From NCBI GenBank assembly GCA_944322705.1, contig CALUPR010000001.1:1-60113 (forward strand): a stretch of 60,113 nucleotides of DNA, written 5' to 3'. Numbering within the stretch: the stretch's first letter is position 1; each line of letters starts with the position of its first letter. The position numbers were made by a program, and so were the translations under genes. Shown in pieces: positions 38,851-47,306 of this stretch. Below the pieces are notes generated by a model. It worked only from the letters and a program-made list of their open reading frames with translations, did not search any database and had not been told where the DNA came from. The stretch is from Candidatus Gastranaerophilales bacterium. Its GTDB lineage: Bacteria; Cyanobacteriota; Vampirovibrionia; Gastranaerophilales; Gastranaerophilaceae.

Positions 38851-40197
38851 TTAATTATTTACGGAGTTTTTTGTCTTTTCTCTTTCCAGACGTTTTAACT
38901 CTTTTTGTTTAAGTTTTTCAAGCCGCTGCTGCTCTTTTAATTCCTGTTTTTCTTTTATTTCATTATACTTAATAAGGACTTCGTTGCCTGATGTAGAACC
39001 TTGTATACGCTTACGAAGCTTGTAATCTTTTTGCTGCTCCTTAAATTCTTTATCCATTTCTTTTACTTTCGCTTTATAAGAAGCTTCCAAATCTTTAACA
39101 TATATTTTATCTTCTTCTTTTTTCTTCTTTTTTTGAAGTTTTTCTATATGTTTCAGCTGTTTTTCTTCTCTCTCCGTAATATTGGGTTGAACAACTCCTT
39201 CTTTAACAAGCTTATAACCATTCATACTAATATTTACAGCATCAGTTTTAAATGTAAGAAGACGTGACTGTTCACCTTTATAATTTACAGTCCAGGTACC
39301 TAAGTTTACAGGGATTTCACCGGTATACGCAAAAGCATTTACAATAACCCAATCAGGATTATCAGCCGCAAAACCTAACGGATAAACATCCCAGCGCTTG
39401 TCTTCAAGCTTTAATCCTTCATTTTCTTCCCAGTAATAAGCAATAGCATCCCTAACTTCAACCAAACTGTAAGAAACATTAGTTATAAAATCATAAACAA
39501 CAGGGGTCGTTTTCCAGATACCATCTTTTGTGTTGCCTATCTTTTCTTTTACCAGCAGTTTTGAACCGTCTGACGAAAAATCAACCGGAGTAATTGTCCG
39601 AAAAGTGTAATAGTTATCAATATTTTTATCAGTTGACAATATGGGTTCCGCTAACCTGTGAATCACGTTAGCTGTTAAAATTTTATCAAGATTTGATTTT
39701 GCTTCTTCTAGATTAATAACAAATAAATCACAGGCAGTAGAAGCACTATCGGGGTAATAATAAACCGAAGGATAAACTAATTTTGAAAAATCAGGGGAAA
39801 CTATCCCTTGAGCGTTCTGCTGTCTTTTTTGATAAAATGTTTTATTTAAAGAAATTTCAGCAACCCCGGGCGGATTATTATATTTTACAATTTTATACGC
39901 AGGTTGCGGGACATAAACCATATCAGCAGGTGTCGGATTTTTGGGAACTTCAATTTCAACAGTCATTCGATCTTTAGGAACAGATAACAACTCATATTCT
40001 TCTACCGTCATGAAACCAGACGGATTTCTGTTAAATTTAGTCTTTTTAAATTTTTCTTTTTCTGCTCTTTTATTTACATTATGGATATATTTTGCTTGTT
40101 TTTGATTTACATCATCAAAATTCGGAAGCGGAATTTCATCTCCCCATTGAATAAATGCACAAAAAGCAGCAGCAACCCCAAGCAGCGCATAAATCAT
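38851..40197 (-). CDS. Hypothetical exported protein, beta-repeat core with charged coiled-coil tail
   Basis: Hydrophobic N-terminus, SPDFSKL and FSSDGSKL repeats. Confidence 0.65.
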   Translation of the reverse strand: MIYALLGVAAAFCAFIQWGDEIPLPNFDDVNQKQAKYIHNVNKRAEKEKFKKTKFNRNPSGFMTVEEYELLSVPKDRMTVEIEVPKNPTPADMVYVPQPAYKIVKYNNPPGVAEISLNKTFYQKRQQNAQGIVSPDFSKLVYPSVYYYPDSASTACDLFVINLEEAKSNLDKILTANVIHRLAEPILSTDKNIDNYYTFRTITPVDFSSDGSKLLVKEKIGNTKDGIWKTTPVVYDFITNVSYSLVEVRDAIAYYWEENEGLKLEDKRWDVYPLGFAADNPDWVIVNAFAYTGEIPVNLGTWTVNYKGEQSRLLTFKTDAVNISMNGYKLVKEGVVQPNITEREEKQLKHIEKLQKKKKKEEDKIYVKDLEASYKAKVKEMDKEFKEQQKDYKLRKRIQGSTSGNEVLIKYNEIKEKQELKEQQRLEKLKQKELKRLEREKTKNSVNN

Positions 40198-40198
40198 A

Positions 40199-40873
40199 CT
40201 ATACTAAACCTTCCTTCATAGCCATGGAGATAGCTTTTGAACGAGAATTTACATAAAGTTTCTGCAAAATACTGTGAACGTGAGTTTTTGTTGTAGAAAT
40301 TGTAATAACAAGTTTTTCTGCAATTTGCGGGTTTGTAAGTCCGTCAACAATTAATGCTAAAACCTCCATTTCCCGTTCGGTAAGTCCGTATAAATTTTTA
40401 CCGAGTTTATAATTGATTTCACCGCGCTTTTCAGTATATTCACTGCCGCGTCTTATATTAGTCAAAACGACTTTTGCAATTGCCGGATCAAGCCAGCCCG
40501 CGCCCTCTGAAACTGCAGTAACAGCAGCAACAGTCTGCTCAGATGTTGCCCCTTTTGTAATATAACCGTCTGCTCCTGCCTGAAATGAATCAAAAATATC
40601 ATCTTCACTTTCTCGCGATGTATACATCAAAACTTTTACATCAGGATTAGCACACTTAATTCTTTTTGTTGCTTCAATACCATCTATTGTTGGAAGACCT
40701 ATATCCATTATAACAACATCAGGTCTAACCTGAAGAGTCTTTTCAACTCCGTCAAGACCGTCAGCACACATTCCGACAATCTCAATATTTTGATTATTAC
40801 TCAGTATAACCGAGAGCCCCATACGCGCCATATCGTGATCTTCTACAATCAAAACTTTGATATTTTTAGCCAT
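40199..40873 (-). CDS. NarL/LuxR-family response regulator
   Basis: VEDH, MDIGLP, ADGYITK, LTEREMEVL HTH; start at MAKNIK. Confidence 0.95.
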   Translation of the reverse strand: MAKNIKVLIVEDHDMARMGLSVILSNNQNIEIVGMCADGLDGVEKTLQVRPDVVIMDIGLPTIDGIEATKRIKCANPDVKVLMYTSRESEDDIFDSFQAGADGYITKGATSEQTVAAVTAVSEGAGWLDPAIAKVVLTNIRRGSEYTEKRGEINYKLGKNLYGLTEREMEVLALIVDGLTNPQIAEKLVITISTTKTHVHSILQKLYVNSRSKAISMAMKEGLV

Positions 40874-42470
40874 TGGAAACCTGTCTTTCTTTAACTTTAG
40901 CATCCGCTACCACATTTGTTAACAGGAAAGAAAATTCACTTCCTTTATTAATTTTACTATCTACCCAAATTTTGCCGTTATGAGCTTCTATAATTTGCCT
41001 TGAAAGATACAATCCAAGTCCGGTCCCAGTAGAACGTTTTCTTGTTGTGCCTTGAGAAAAGCGTTTAAACAAATTAGGGATATCAGATTGTGGTATGCCA
41101 TTACCGTTATCACTTACGGAGAATATAAAATCATTATTTTGTGCCTTTGCAAGAACTTTTATTTCTCCGCCTTTGTTGGTATAGTTAACTGCATTACCGC
41201 ACAGATTTGTAATAACACGCTTAATTTCTGCTCGATCGGCAAATATATGCAAATTATCTGACAATTCAAAAGTAACTGTAAACTTTAAATCTTTTTTATC
41301 AGCCAGCGGCTTCAATTCGGAATAGCACTGTTCTACAAGATCTTTAACAGGAAATGCTGTTTTGCAAAGAGATAATTTCCCGCTTTCAAATCTATAGACT
41401 TCCAAAAGTGCATTCACAAGCCCCAGTAAATCTTCATTACTCTGAAGCATTGTAGACAAAAGTATCTTTTGTTTTTCTTCAAGATTTCCAATAGCACCTT
41501 CAAGAAAAAATTTCAAAGTTTGTATGGCAGCAAGAAGAGGAGTTCTCATATCATGAGTTAATGTCGCAATAAAATCATCTCTTAATCTTTCTGTTTCTTT
41601 TTGTACGCTTACATCTCTTATTACGCCTACAAACTTATCAAAATTATTATCACTGTCATTTGAAATAGCGGCAAAACTTATTTCAACAGGGGTATGCTCT
41701 CCGCTTAAAAAATTAATTATATAGTAATCTCTGAGAAGAACTTCTGAATTATCAATACCTAAACCAAAAATCTCACCGGATTTATTTTCTGTAGAAGAAT
41801 TCAATTCTTTAACAGTTGAATATGCTATTTCCTGAAATTTTTTCTTGCAAAGAGAGTTTTCTGAAAGACCTACAAGGTTTTCGCAGGCGGGATTAACCTG
41901 TAAAATATTCCCTTCGCCATCTACAATTATTATTCCGTCAGCACAGTAGTTTATTATGCCCGAAAGCTTTTTATTTGCTTCGGACAAATCAGCAGTACGC
42001 TCAGCTACAATTTTTTCTAAATTTTGAGAATAGTCTTCAAGTTTTGAATTTGCGGCTTCAAGTTCATTAATTTTATTTTTGAGATTTTGAAGCAGATGAC
42101 TTCTTTCAATTCCGTTTTTTATATTCATTAACAAATCATCATTATCCCAGGGTTTTTCAATATATTTATAAAGTCCTATTTCATTAATAGCTTTTATCGC
42201 ATTTTCTTTATCAGCATAACCTGTTAGTAAAATCATGCTGACTTCAGGGTATAATTTTTTTGCTTCTGTTAAAAATTCAAGCCCGTTCATCTCCGGCATT
42301 ATAAAATCAGAAATAATTAAATCAGGGGTGTTTTCACTTAAAAATTTAATAGCATCTTTAGGGGAATTAAACAAATGTATATCAGAATAGCCCTCAACTT
42401 TGAACAGAGCTTTAAAAGCCGAGGTAACTATTTTTTCATCATCAACTACTACAATTTTGCCGTTATTCAT
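40866..42470 (-). CDS. Hybrid sensor histidine kinase (REC-PAS-HisKA-HATPase)
   Basis: VVDDE/ISDFIMP REC, PAS, THDMRTPL, NAVNY, GTGLGL. Confidence 0.94.
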   Translation of the reverse strand: MNNGKIVVVDDEKIVTSAFKALFKVEGYSDIHLFNSPKDAIKFLSENTPDLIISDFIMPEMNGLEFLTEAKKLYPEVSMILLTGYADKENAIKAINEIGLYKYIEKPWDNDDLLMNIKNGIERSHLLQNLKNKINELEAANSKLEDYSQNLEKIVAERTADLSEANKKLSGIINYCADGIIIVDGEGNILQVNPACENLVGLSENSLCKKKFQEIAYSTVKELNSSTENKSGEIFGLGIDNSEVLLRDYYIINFLSGEHTPVEISFAAISNDSDNNFDKFVGVIRDVSVQKETERLRDDFIATLTHDMRTPLLAAIQTLKFFLEGAIGNLEEKQKILLSTMLQSNEDLLGLVNALLEVYRFESGKLSLCKTAFPVKDLVEQCYSELKPLADKKDLKFTVTFELSDNLHIFADRAEIKRVITNLCGNAVNYTNKGGEIKVLAKAQNNDFIFSVSDNGNGIPQSDIPNLFKRFSQGTTRKRSTGTGLGLYLSRQIIEAHNGKIWVDSKINKGSEFSFLLTNVVADAKVKERQVSNG

Positions 42471-42530
42471 ACTTATATGATAAGCTATTTTTTAATTTCA
42501 GACAAATTGTTTACAAAATTGAAATAATTT

Positions 42531-42557
42531 AAAAAGCGGGAATTAGTTTCCCGCTTT
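42531..42557. terminator. Intrinsic terminator
   Basis: AAAAAGCGGGAA-ttagt-TTCCCGCTTT. Confidence 0.85.
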
Positions 42558-43068
42558 ACAACTTATAAGAATGAACTTTATATTCACGTTTCCCAAGTTC
42601 TTGATCAAGGTGATACAAAGATGCCTTTTCATCGCCGAACATCTTTAATTTTGTAATGATATCTCTAGCATTTGCTTCTTCTTCAACCTGTTCTGAAATA
42701 TACCAGTTTATAAAATGACGTGTTGCAAGGTCACATTCATCTTCACTTAACGAAGCAACACAATTTATGCTATCTGTTACAAATTTTTCATGTTCAAGAA
42801 TTTTTTCAAATACCTGAAGAGGATTATGAAAATCTCTTTGAGGCGCATCAATTTGTTCAAGCTTGACTGTTCCGTCACGTTCGATAATATAATCAAATAA
42901 AATCATACCATGGTCCATTTCTTCTTTAGCCTGAACTTTTGTCCAATTTGAAAAACCGGACAAACCTATCTCATCAAAATATGCAGACATTGCAAGATAA
43001 AGATAAGCTGAATAAAATTCCTTATTAATTTGTGAGTTTAAAATATCTTCTACTTTCTCGTTAATCAC
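42556..43068 (-). CDS. ftnA: Non-heme ferritin
   Basis: QINKEFYSAYLY, EEMDHG, HE, EQVEEE; GTG start behind GGGAGG. Confidence 0.93.
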   Translation of the reverse strand: MINEKVEDILNSQINKEFYSAYLYLAMSAYFDEIGLSGFSNWTKVQAKEEMDHGMILFDYIIERDGTVKLEQIDAPQRDFHNPLQVFEKILEHEKFVTDSINCVASLSEDECDLATRHFINWYISEQVEEEANARDIITKLKMFGDEKASLYHLDQELGKREYKVHSYKL

Positions 43069-43453
43069 TTTGTCCCTCCCACAGTCCGTGTAAATTACAA
43101 AATTCCCGCGCAAGAGTTTTACCTGATTTATTTTCTAAAAGCATTCTAGGCTCCTGACCGGGATACAAATATTCAAGTTGCACTTGTTTTTTATCTTCAG
43201 AAATTGTTTCTATAAACATAATATAATGTTCTTCTGTCATAGGATGTAAAACTTCTCCGACTCTGACTTCATAATTATTATTTTCGTTTTTAACAAAAAC
43301 AGGAATATGTTTTTCAAAAATAGCTTCTTCTCTATTTTGACCGCTGACTTTTTGCATCATCTGACCGCAGCATACAAGTTCACCGCCTCCAACCAAAATT
43401 ACTTCAACAAGATTACCGCAGATTTCACATCTGTATAAATCAAGTCTTTCCAT
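43061..43453 (-). CDS. Desulfoferrodoxin (superoxide reductase)
   Basis: CEICGN...CCG, EKHIP, HPMTEEHYI, CNLHGLW. Confidence 0.95.
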   Translation of the reverse strand: MERLDLYRCEICGNLVEVILVGGGELVCCGQMMQKVSGQNREEAIFEKHIPVFVKNENNNYEVRVGEVLHPMTEEHYIMFIETISEDKKQVQLEYLYPGQEPRMLLENKSGKTLAREFCNLHGLWEGQSD

Positions 43454-43564
43454 ATTTTCTCCTTTCACACACTATTATTAACGTGCTTATGTAAAAATTA
43501 ACATTCACCAAATGTCTATAAAATAAAGATGAAAATATTTAAATTTTGTGATAGGATATAATCA

Positions 43565-43819
43565 GCCGTGCTCCACGGGGAATTGCAATCCCTCGACCCG
43601 AAGTTTATGCGGGGTGCAGAGCCTGTTGTGAGGGTATAACGGTTAATTTTGATAAATTTGATATTGTTGACGTTTAGACTTATGGCGGCGTAAGCTGTCG
43701 AACCGTGTCAGGATGGAAACATAGCAGCACTAAGACAATACTTGCGGGTGTCATATTTTTAAAAAGAGATATCAGATTTAAAGATTTTTTCCGGTGTATT
43801 CGATAGACAGTGGCACGGT
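43565..43819 (+). ncRNA. ffs: Signal recognition particle RNA, large (Alu-domain) type
   Basis: Helix 8 GTGTCAGG-ATG-GAAA-CAT-AGCAGCAC near 43704-43730; helix 6 GGCGGC-GTAA-GCTGTC; 5' GCCGTGC pairs with 3' GCACGGT. Confidence 0.92.
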
Positions 43820-43824
43820 TTTAT

Positions 43825-43859
43825 AAAAAAAAGCCTCCTTTGAAAGGAGGTAATTTTTT
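43825..43859. terminator. Bidirectional terminator
   Basis: A8-GCCTCCTTT-G-AAAGGAGG-TAATTTTTT. Confidence 0.85.
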
Positions 43860-43945
43860 GTTTAGGAAGGTAGGAATAGGAATTTTAAGTCTCTCTCTTA
43901 TTTAAATACTCTCTTTTAATATCCTTGTGTTTATTTAATGTTCAT
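43825..43945 (-). ncRNA. Candidate sRNA with UCCU repeats
   Basis: Lies between a promoter-like motif copy (43946-44011) and the terminator; no real ORF. Confidence 0.4.
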
Positions 43946-44011
43946 ATATATAAAGTATATAATTATTATAGAATTTCAAACATTACCCGATTTGTTACAA
44001 AAATTAATACT
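43946..44011 (-). promoter_or_regulatory. HLR1-like box plus bipartite promoter-like element
   Basis: Minus strand TATTAATTTTTGTAAC-N15-TGAAA-N17-ACTTTATATA. Confidence 0.55.
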
Positions 44012-44039
44012 TGATTTTATTTATACATTAGTCTATACT
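44011..44039 (+). promoter_or_regulatory. Sigma70-type promoter
   Basis: TTGATT-N17-TATACT. Confidence 0.6.
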
Positions 44040-44071
44040 AATAAAGGTAGGAGATATACTAGGAGTTAGGA

Positions 44072-44335
44072 ATGTTAGTTTCTTCAATTGCCCGTTTAAA
44101 TGTTAATAATACTCTAAATATTTCAGCATCTAAGCAAAATAATTCAGCTTCAAATTCTGCACATACCTTTGGAGGCGAGCATGAACTTGGCATGCTGAAT
44201 AATATTGACAAAAAATTAAGTCTTGATCTGCTTACTAATAAACTTCTTTATAAGATAAACTATCTTCAGGAAAAATTTACTGCAAAAAAACATTATGATG
44301 TAAGCCAAAAAAAATCTGTTAATGTTTTAGCATAA
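44072..44335 (+). CDS. Hypothetical protein
   Basis: 87 aa, AGGAG RBS, N/S-rich N-terminus. Confidence 0.7.
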   Translation: MLVSSIARLNVNNTLNISASKQNNSASNSAHTFGGEHELGMLNNIDKKLSLDLLTNKLLYKINYLQEKFTAKKHYDVSQKKSVNVLA

Positions 44336-44338
44336 ATA

Positions 44339-45514
44339 TTAATGTTTTTCTTGAAATAACTCTTTGACAAAAACTGAACAAACTGCAGGTATAACAGCAA
44401 CAAATATTAGGACATTTGTTATACCAAACTTTTCCGCAATAAAGCCCAGAAGAGACATCACTATTGCAACAATCCCCCAAGAAAAGCCGTTTATAAAACC
44501 TGATATGATACTTTTATATTCAGGCAAAACATTTTGCGCCATCACCATTGTAACAGGAGTAGCCATCATTGTAACAAACCCCATAACAACAAATATAACA
44601 ATTGAAATTGCAGTATAGGATTTATAAGTAAGCACAAATAAAAGCATCAAAGGCAAAGTTGTAATCATTGATATATAAAAAACATTTGCAGCACCAATAC
44701 GGCGTTCAACAAAATTGCTTACAAGAGATCCAATACCACCTGTAAAAATAAATGCAAAAAGCGCCATACCTATAAAAAACGGCTTATAACCCATATTTTT
44801 CCACAGAAAGGGAAGCAAAATAAAACATGCAGAATTAATCATCGTTTTAAGCATAGCAATAAGGTTTAAAATATTGAGCTTTCTGTTTGTTAAAATACGC
44901 TTAAAAGCTGTTTTAAAATCTATTTTTGATATAACAGGTTCAGATAACGATAATTTTGGAACAAAATTAAACATTAATAATGCCCACAACACACCAAAAC
45001 AAGTCATTAACGGCATTTTATTCATCCCGAGAAACTGGGTTATTGAAGATGAAATTATAGGACCAAATGAATAACCTAATGTTCCCATTGCAACAAATAC
45101 AGCCATTGATTTTCCGGGATTAAACTTATTAGCGAATTTTGAAGCAAAACCCAGCGCCTGAGGATGAAAAAAACTTGAACCTAAGCTGCCGATAATTATA
45201 AATAAAATAAGAATTACAGGATTATCAGATAAGGTAGAAAGCGGAATAAATATTGAAGATAAAATTAATCCCCAGAATATAAAAGAACGTTTAACAATAT
45301 TATCTGCTAAAAAGCCAAATAAAGGCTGCATTAAAGACGAAAATATATGCGAAATTGTTAATATAACCGTAGCAAAAGCCATAGACAAACCTATTTTTGC
45401 TGCTATAAACGGCATAATAGGGTTTAGAACACCAGTATAAATATCGTTTATAAAATGACCGCCGCTTAGCCAGAAAAGAGCTTTTTTATTTGAGGGTAAA
45501 TTAACATTCTTCAT
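44339..45514 (-). CDS. MFS transporter (Fsr-like)
   Basis: HFINDIY, QPLFGFLAD, FFHP; ~12 TMs. Confidence 0.9.
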   Translation of the reverse strand: MKNVNLPSNKKALFWLSGGHFINDIYTGVLNPIMPFIAAKIGLSMAFATVILTISHIFSSLMQPLFGFLADNIVKRSFIFWGLILSSIFIPLSTLSDNPVILILFIIIGSLGSSFFHPQALGFASKFANKFNPGKSMAVFVAMGTLGYSFGPIISSSITQFLGMNKMPLMTCFGVLWALLMFNFVPKLSLSEPVISKIDFKTAFKRILTNRKLNILNLIAMLKTMINSACFILLPFLWKNMGYKPFFIGMALFAFIFTGGIGSLVSNFVERRIGAANVFYISMITTLPLMLLFVLTYKSYTAISIVIFVVMGFVTMMATPVTMVMAQNVLPEYKSIISGFINGFSWGIVAIVMSLLGFIAEKFGITNVLIFVAVIPAVCSVFVKELFQEKH

Positions 45515-45549
45515 AATACAAGAAATTAAACGCTAAATACAATAAAAAA

Positions 45550-46335
45550 TCAACCTGCGTTTCTTTTTACAAGGATTACCCAACTCAGGGAAGCAAAAAT
45601 AATAATTATAAAAGAAACAATTTGCGCAATCGGGATACTTCCAATATTTAATATACTGTCAATTCTGCAATATTCAACCAAAATTCTTACACATGAATAC
45701 ATTATCAAATACAGACAGGCAAGAGTTCCCGGATGTTTCGACAATCTTTTAAAAAGCATAAAAAGGATGATAAATATAAACAAATCGAGCATACTTTCAT
45801 ATAAAAAAGCCGGATGAAAATATTCGTAATCTATGTATTCTGCCGGTCTGTGAGATATTGGTATATAAAGTTTCCATGGCAAATTAGTCGGACATCCAAA
45901 AGCTTCAGAATTAAAAAAATTTCCCCATCTTCCTATACATTGTGACAACGGAGTAGCACAAAAAAATGAATCAATCAGTTTTAAAAACGGCATATTATAT
46001 TTTTTTGAAAGGAAATAAATTGCAATAATTCCTGCAATAATCATTCCATGAATAGAAAGACCACCCTGCCTGATATCAAATATCTCCAAAGGATTTACGG
46101 TGTAATAACTAAAATTCACAAGACAATAATAAATCCTGGCTCCCAAAATACCTGTTATAATTATAAAAGGAGAAAAATCAATAATGCATGCCGCTTTAAC
46201 ATTGTCATAAAATTTTTTATAAAATAAAAAAGCAGTATAAACCCCTACAAAAATAGCAAATGCCAATATTATACCGTAAAAATAAACAGGAAAATCAAAA
46301 ATTCTAAAAGCAATTTCTCCGGGAGATCTAAACAT
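45550..46335 (-). CDS. lgt: Prolipoprotein diacylglyceryl transferase
   Basis: GARIYY, GGLSIHG, IGRWGNFFNSE, HPAFLYE. Confidence 0.96.
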   Translation of the reverse strand: MFRSPGEIAFRIFDFPVYFYGIILAFAIFVGVYTAFLFYKKFYDNVKAACIIDFSPFIIITGILGARIYYCLVNFSYYTVNPLEIFDIRQGGLSIHGMIIAGIIAIYFLSKKYNMPFLKLIDSFFCATPLSQCIGRWGNFFNSEAFGCPTNLPWKLYIPISHRPAEYIDYEYFHPAFLYESMLDLFIFIILFMLFKRLSKHPGTLACLYLIMYSCVRILVEYCRIDSILNIGSIPIAQIVSFIIIIFASLSWVILVKRNAG

Positions 46336-46339
46336 AATC

Positions 46340-46936
46340 TTACTCTGTTTTACGGGTATATTCAGCCAAAAGCTGCTGAAGTTCTTTTATTTTATTCTCA
46401 ACATAAGTCTTGTCATCAATTGTGCCAACTTTATCTAAATATATACCGTAGTCAGATATTGCATCATTTAATAAATTTGTTAACATTTTTATGTCACTAT
46501 CTGAAAGCGAATTTTTTGATTGCTCTGACAAATCTGCATCATCATTAACTTGTTCAACTTTTTCTATTACACCTTCATCGTTTACTTTTAGGTAGCCTGA
46601 AATTATATCTTTAACTAAATTTTCTTCGCACACAGCACGAGAATAATAAGAGTCCGCAAAATCAGGATTTAATTTAATTGCAACATTATAAGTATCTATG
46701 GCATTAAGATAATCTTCAGCTTTTGTATAAGCGACAGCAAGATTATATTGCGTTTCAAAAACACTTCCGTCAAGGTCAACACTGGATTTTAAACGTTCGA
46801 TAGCAGATACATAATCCCCTTTGTCCATGAATTCTTTTGCCTTATTGTTTAACTCCTGCACAGCAAAGTTATTAATACAAGCTGTAGATATAACAGAAAC
46901 AAACAAGATACTAGCTAGTAAAAAAGCTTTTTTCAT
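46340..46936 (-). CDS. TPR-repeat lipoprotein
   Basis: Lipobox-like STAC; YNLAVAY TPR helices. Confidence 0.8.
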   Translation of the reverse strand: MKKAFLLASILFVSVISTACINNFAVQELNNKAKEFMDKGDYVSAIERLKSSVDLDGSVFETQYNLAVAYTKAEDYLNAIDTYNVAIKLNPDFADSYYSRAVCEENLVKDIISGYLKVNDEGVIEKVEQVNDDADLSEQSKNSLSDSDIKMLTNLLNDAISDYGIYLDKVGTIDDKTYVENKIKELQQLLAEYTRKTE

Positions 46937-47048
46937 GTTATAATAATCCTCATAAAATCATCCGTATTTTTTATTATAAAATAAATGAACAATATTTGGC
47001 AAATTTTATAAAAAAAAGTTACAAACGGATCCTGAAAATGAGGTGGAA

Positions 47049-47306
47049 ATGTCTGAAAAAAAAGTGATAAAATTAGGAGCGAAAAGAGATACCAAAAAAG
47101 AAAAAGAACAAGAACATGATGAGCTTGTATATTGCAGTTTCTGTCACAGACCTAATACTCAAGTTCTAAAAATGGTTCAGGGCCCCGGAGTTAATATATG
47201 CTCTGAATGTACCATGATTGCTGTACAGTATCTTATCCTAAACGACAGGATGCCTTCTGCTGAAGCACAGCAAATTCTGGATGCTTTTTGGGGGAAAGCC
47301 CGCTGA
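47049..47306 (+). CDS. Stand-alone ClpX C4-type zinc-finger protein
   Basis: YCSFC...MVQGPGVNICSEC; no AAA+ domain. Confidence 0.88.
   Translation: MSEKKVIKLGAKRDTKKEKEQEHDELVYCSFCHRPNTQVLKMVQGPGVNICSECTMIAVQYLILNDRMPSAEAQQILDAFWGKAR

Noticed and set aside
42510-42527. Additional HLR1-like sites (42510, 47019, 12380)
   Set aside because: Half-sites or off-register second repeats without the downstream element; expected by chance in AT-rich DNA
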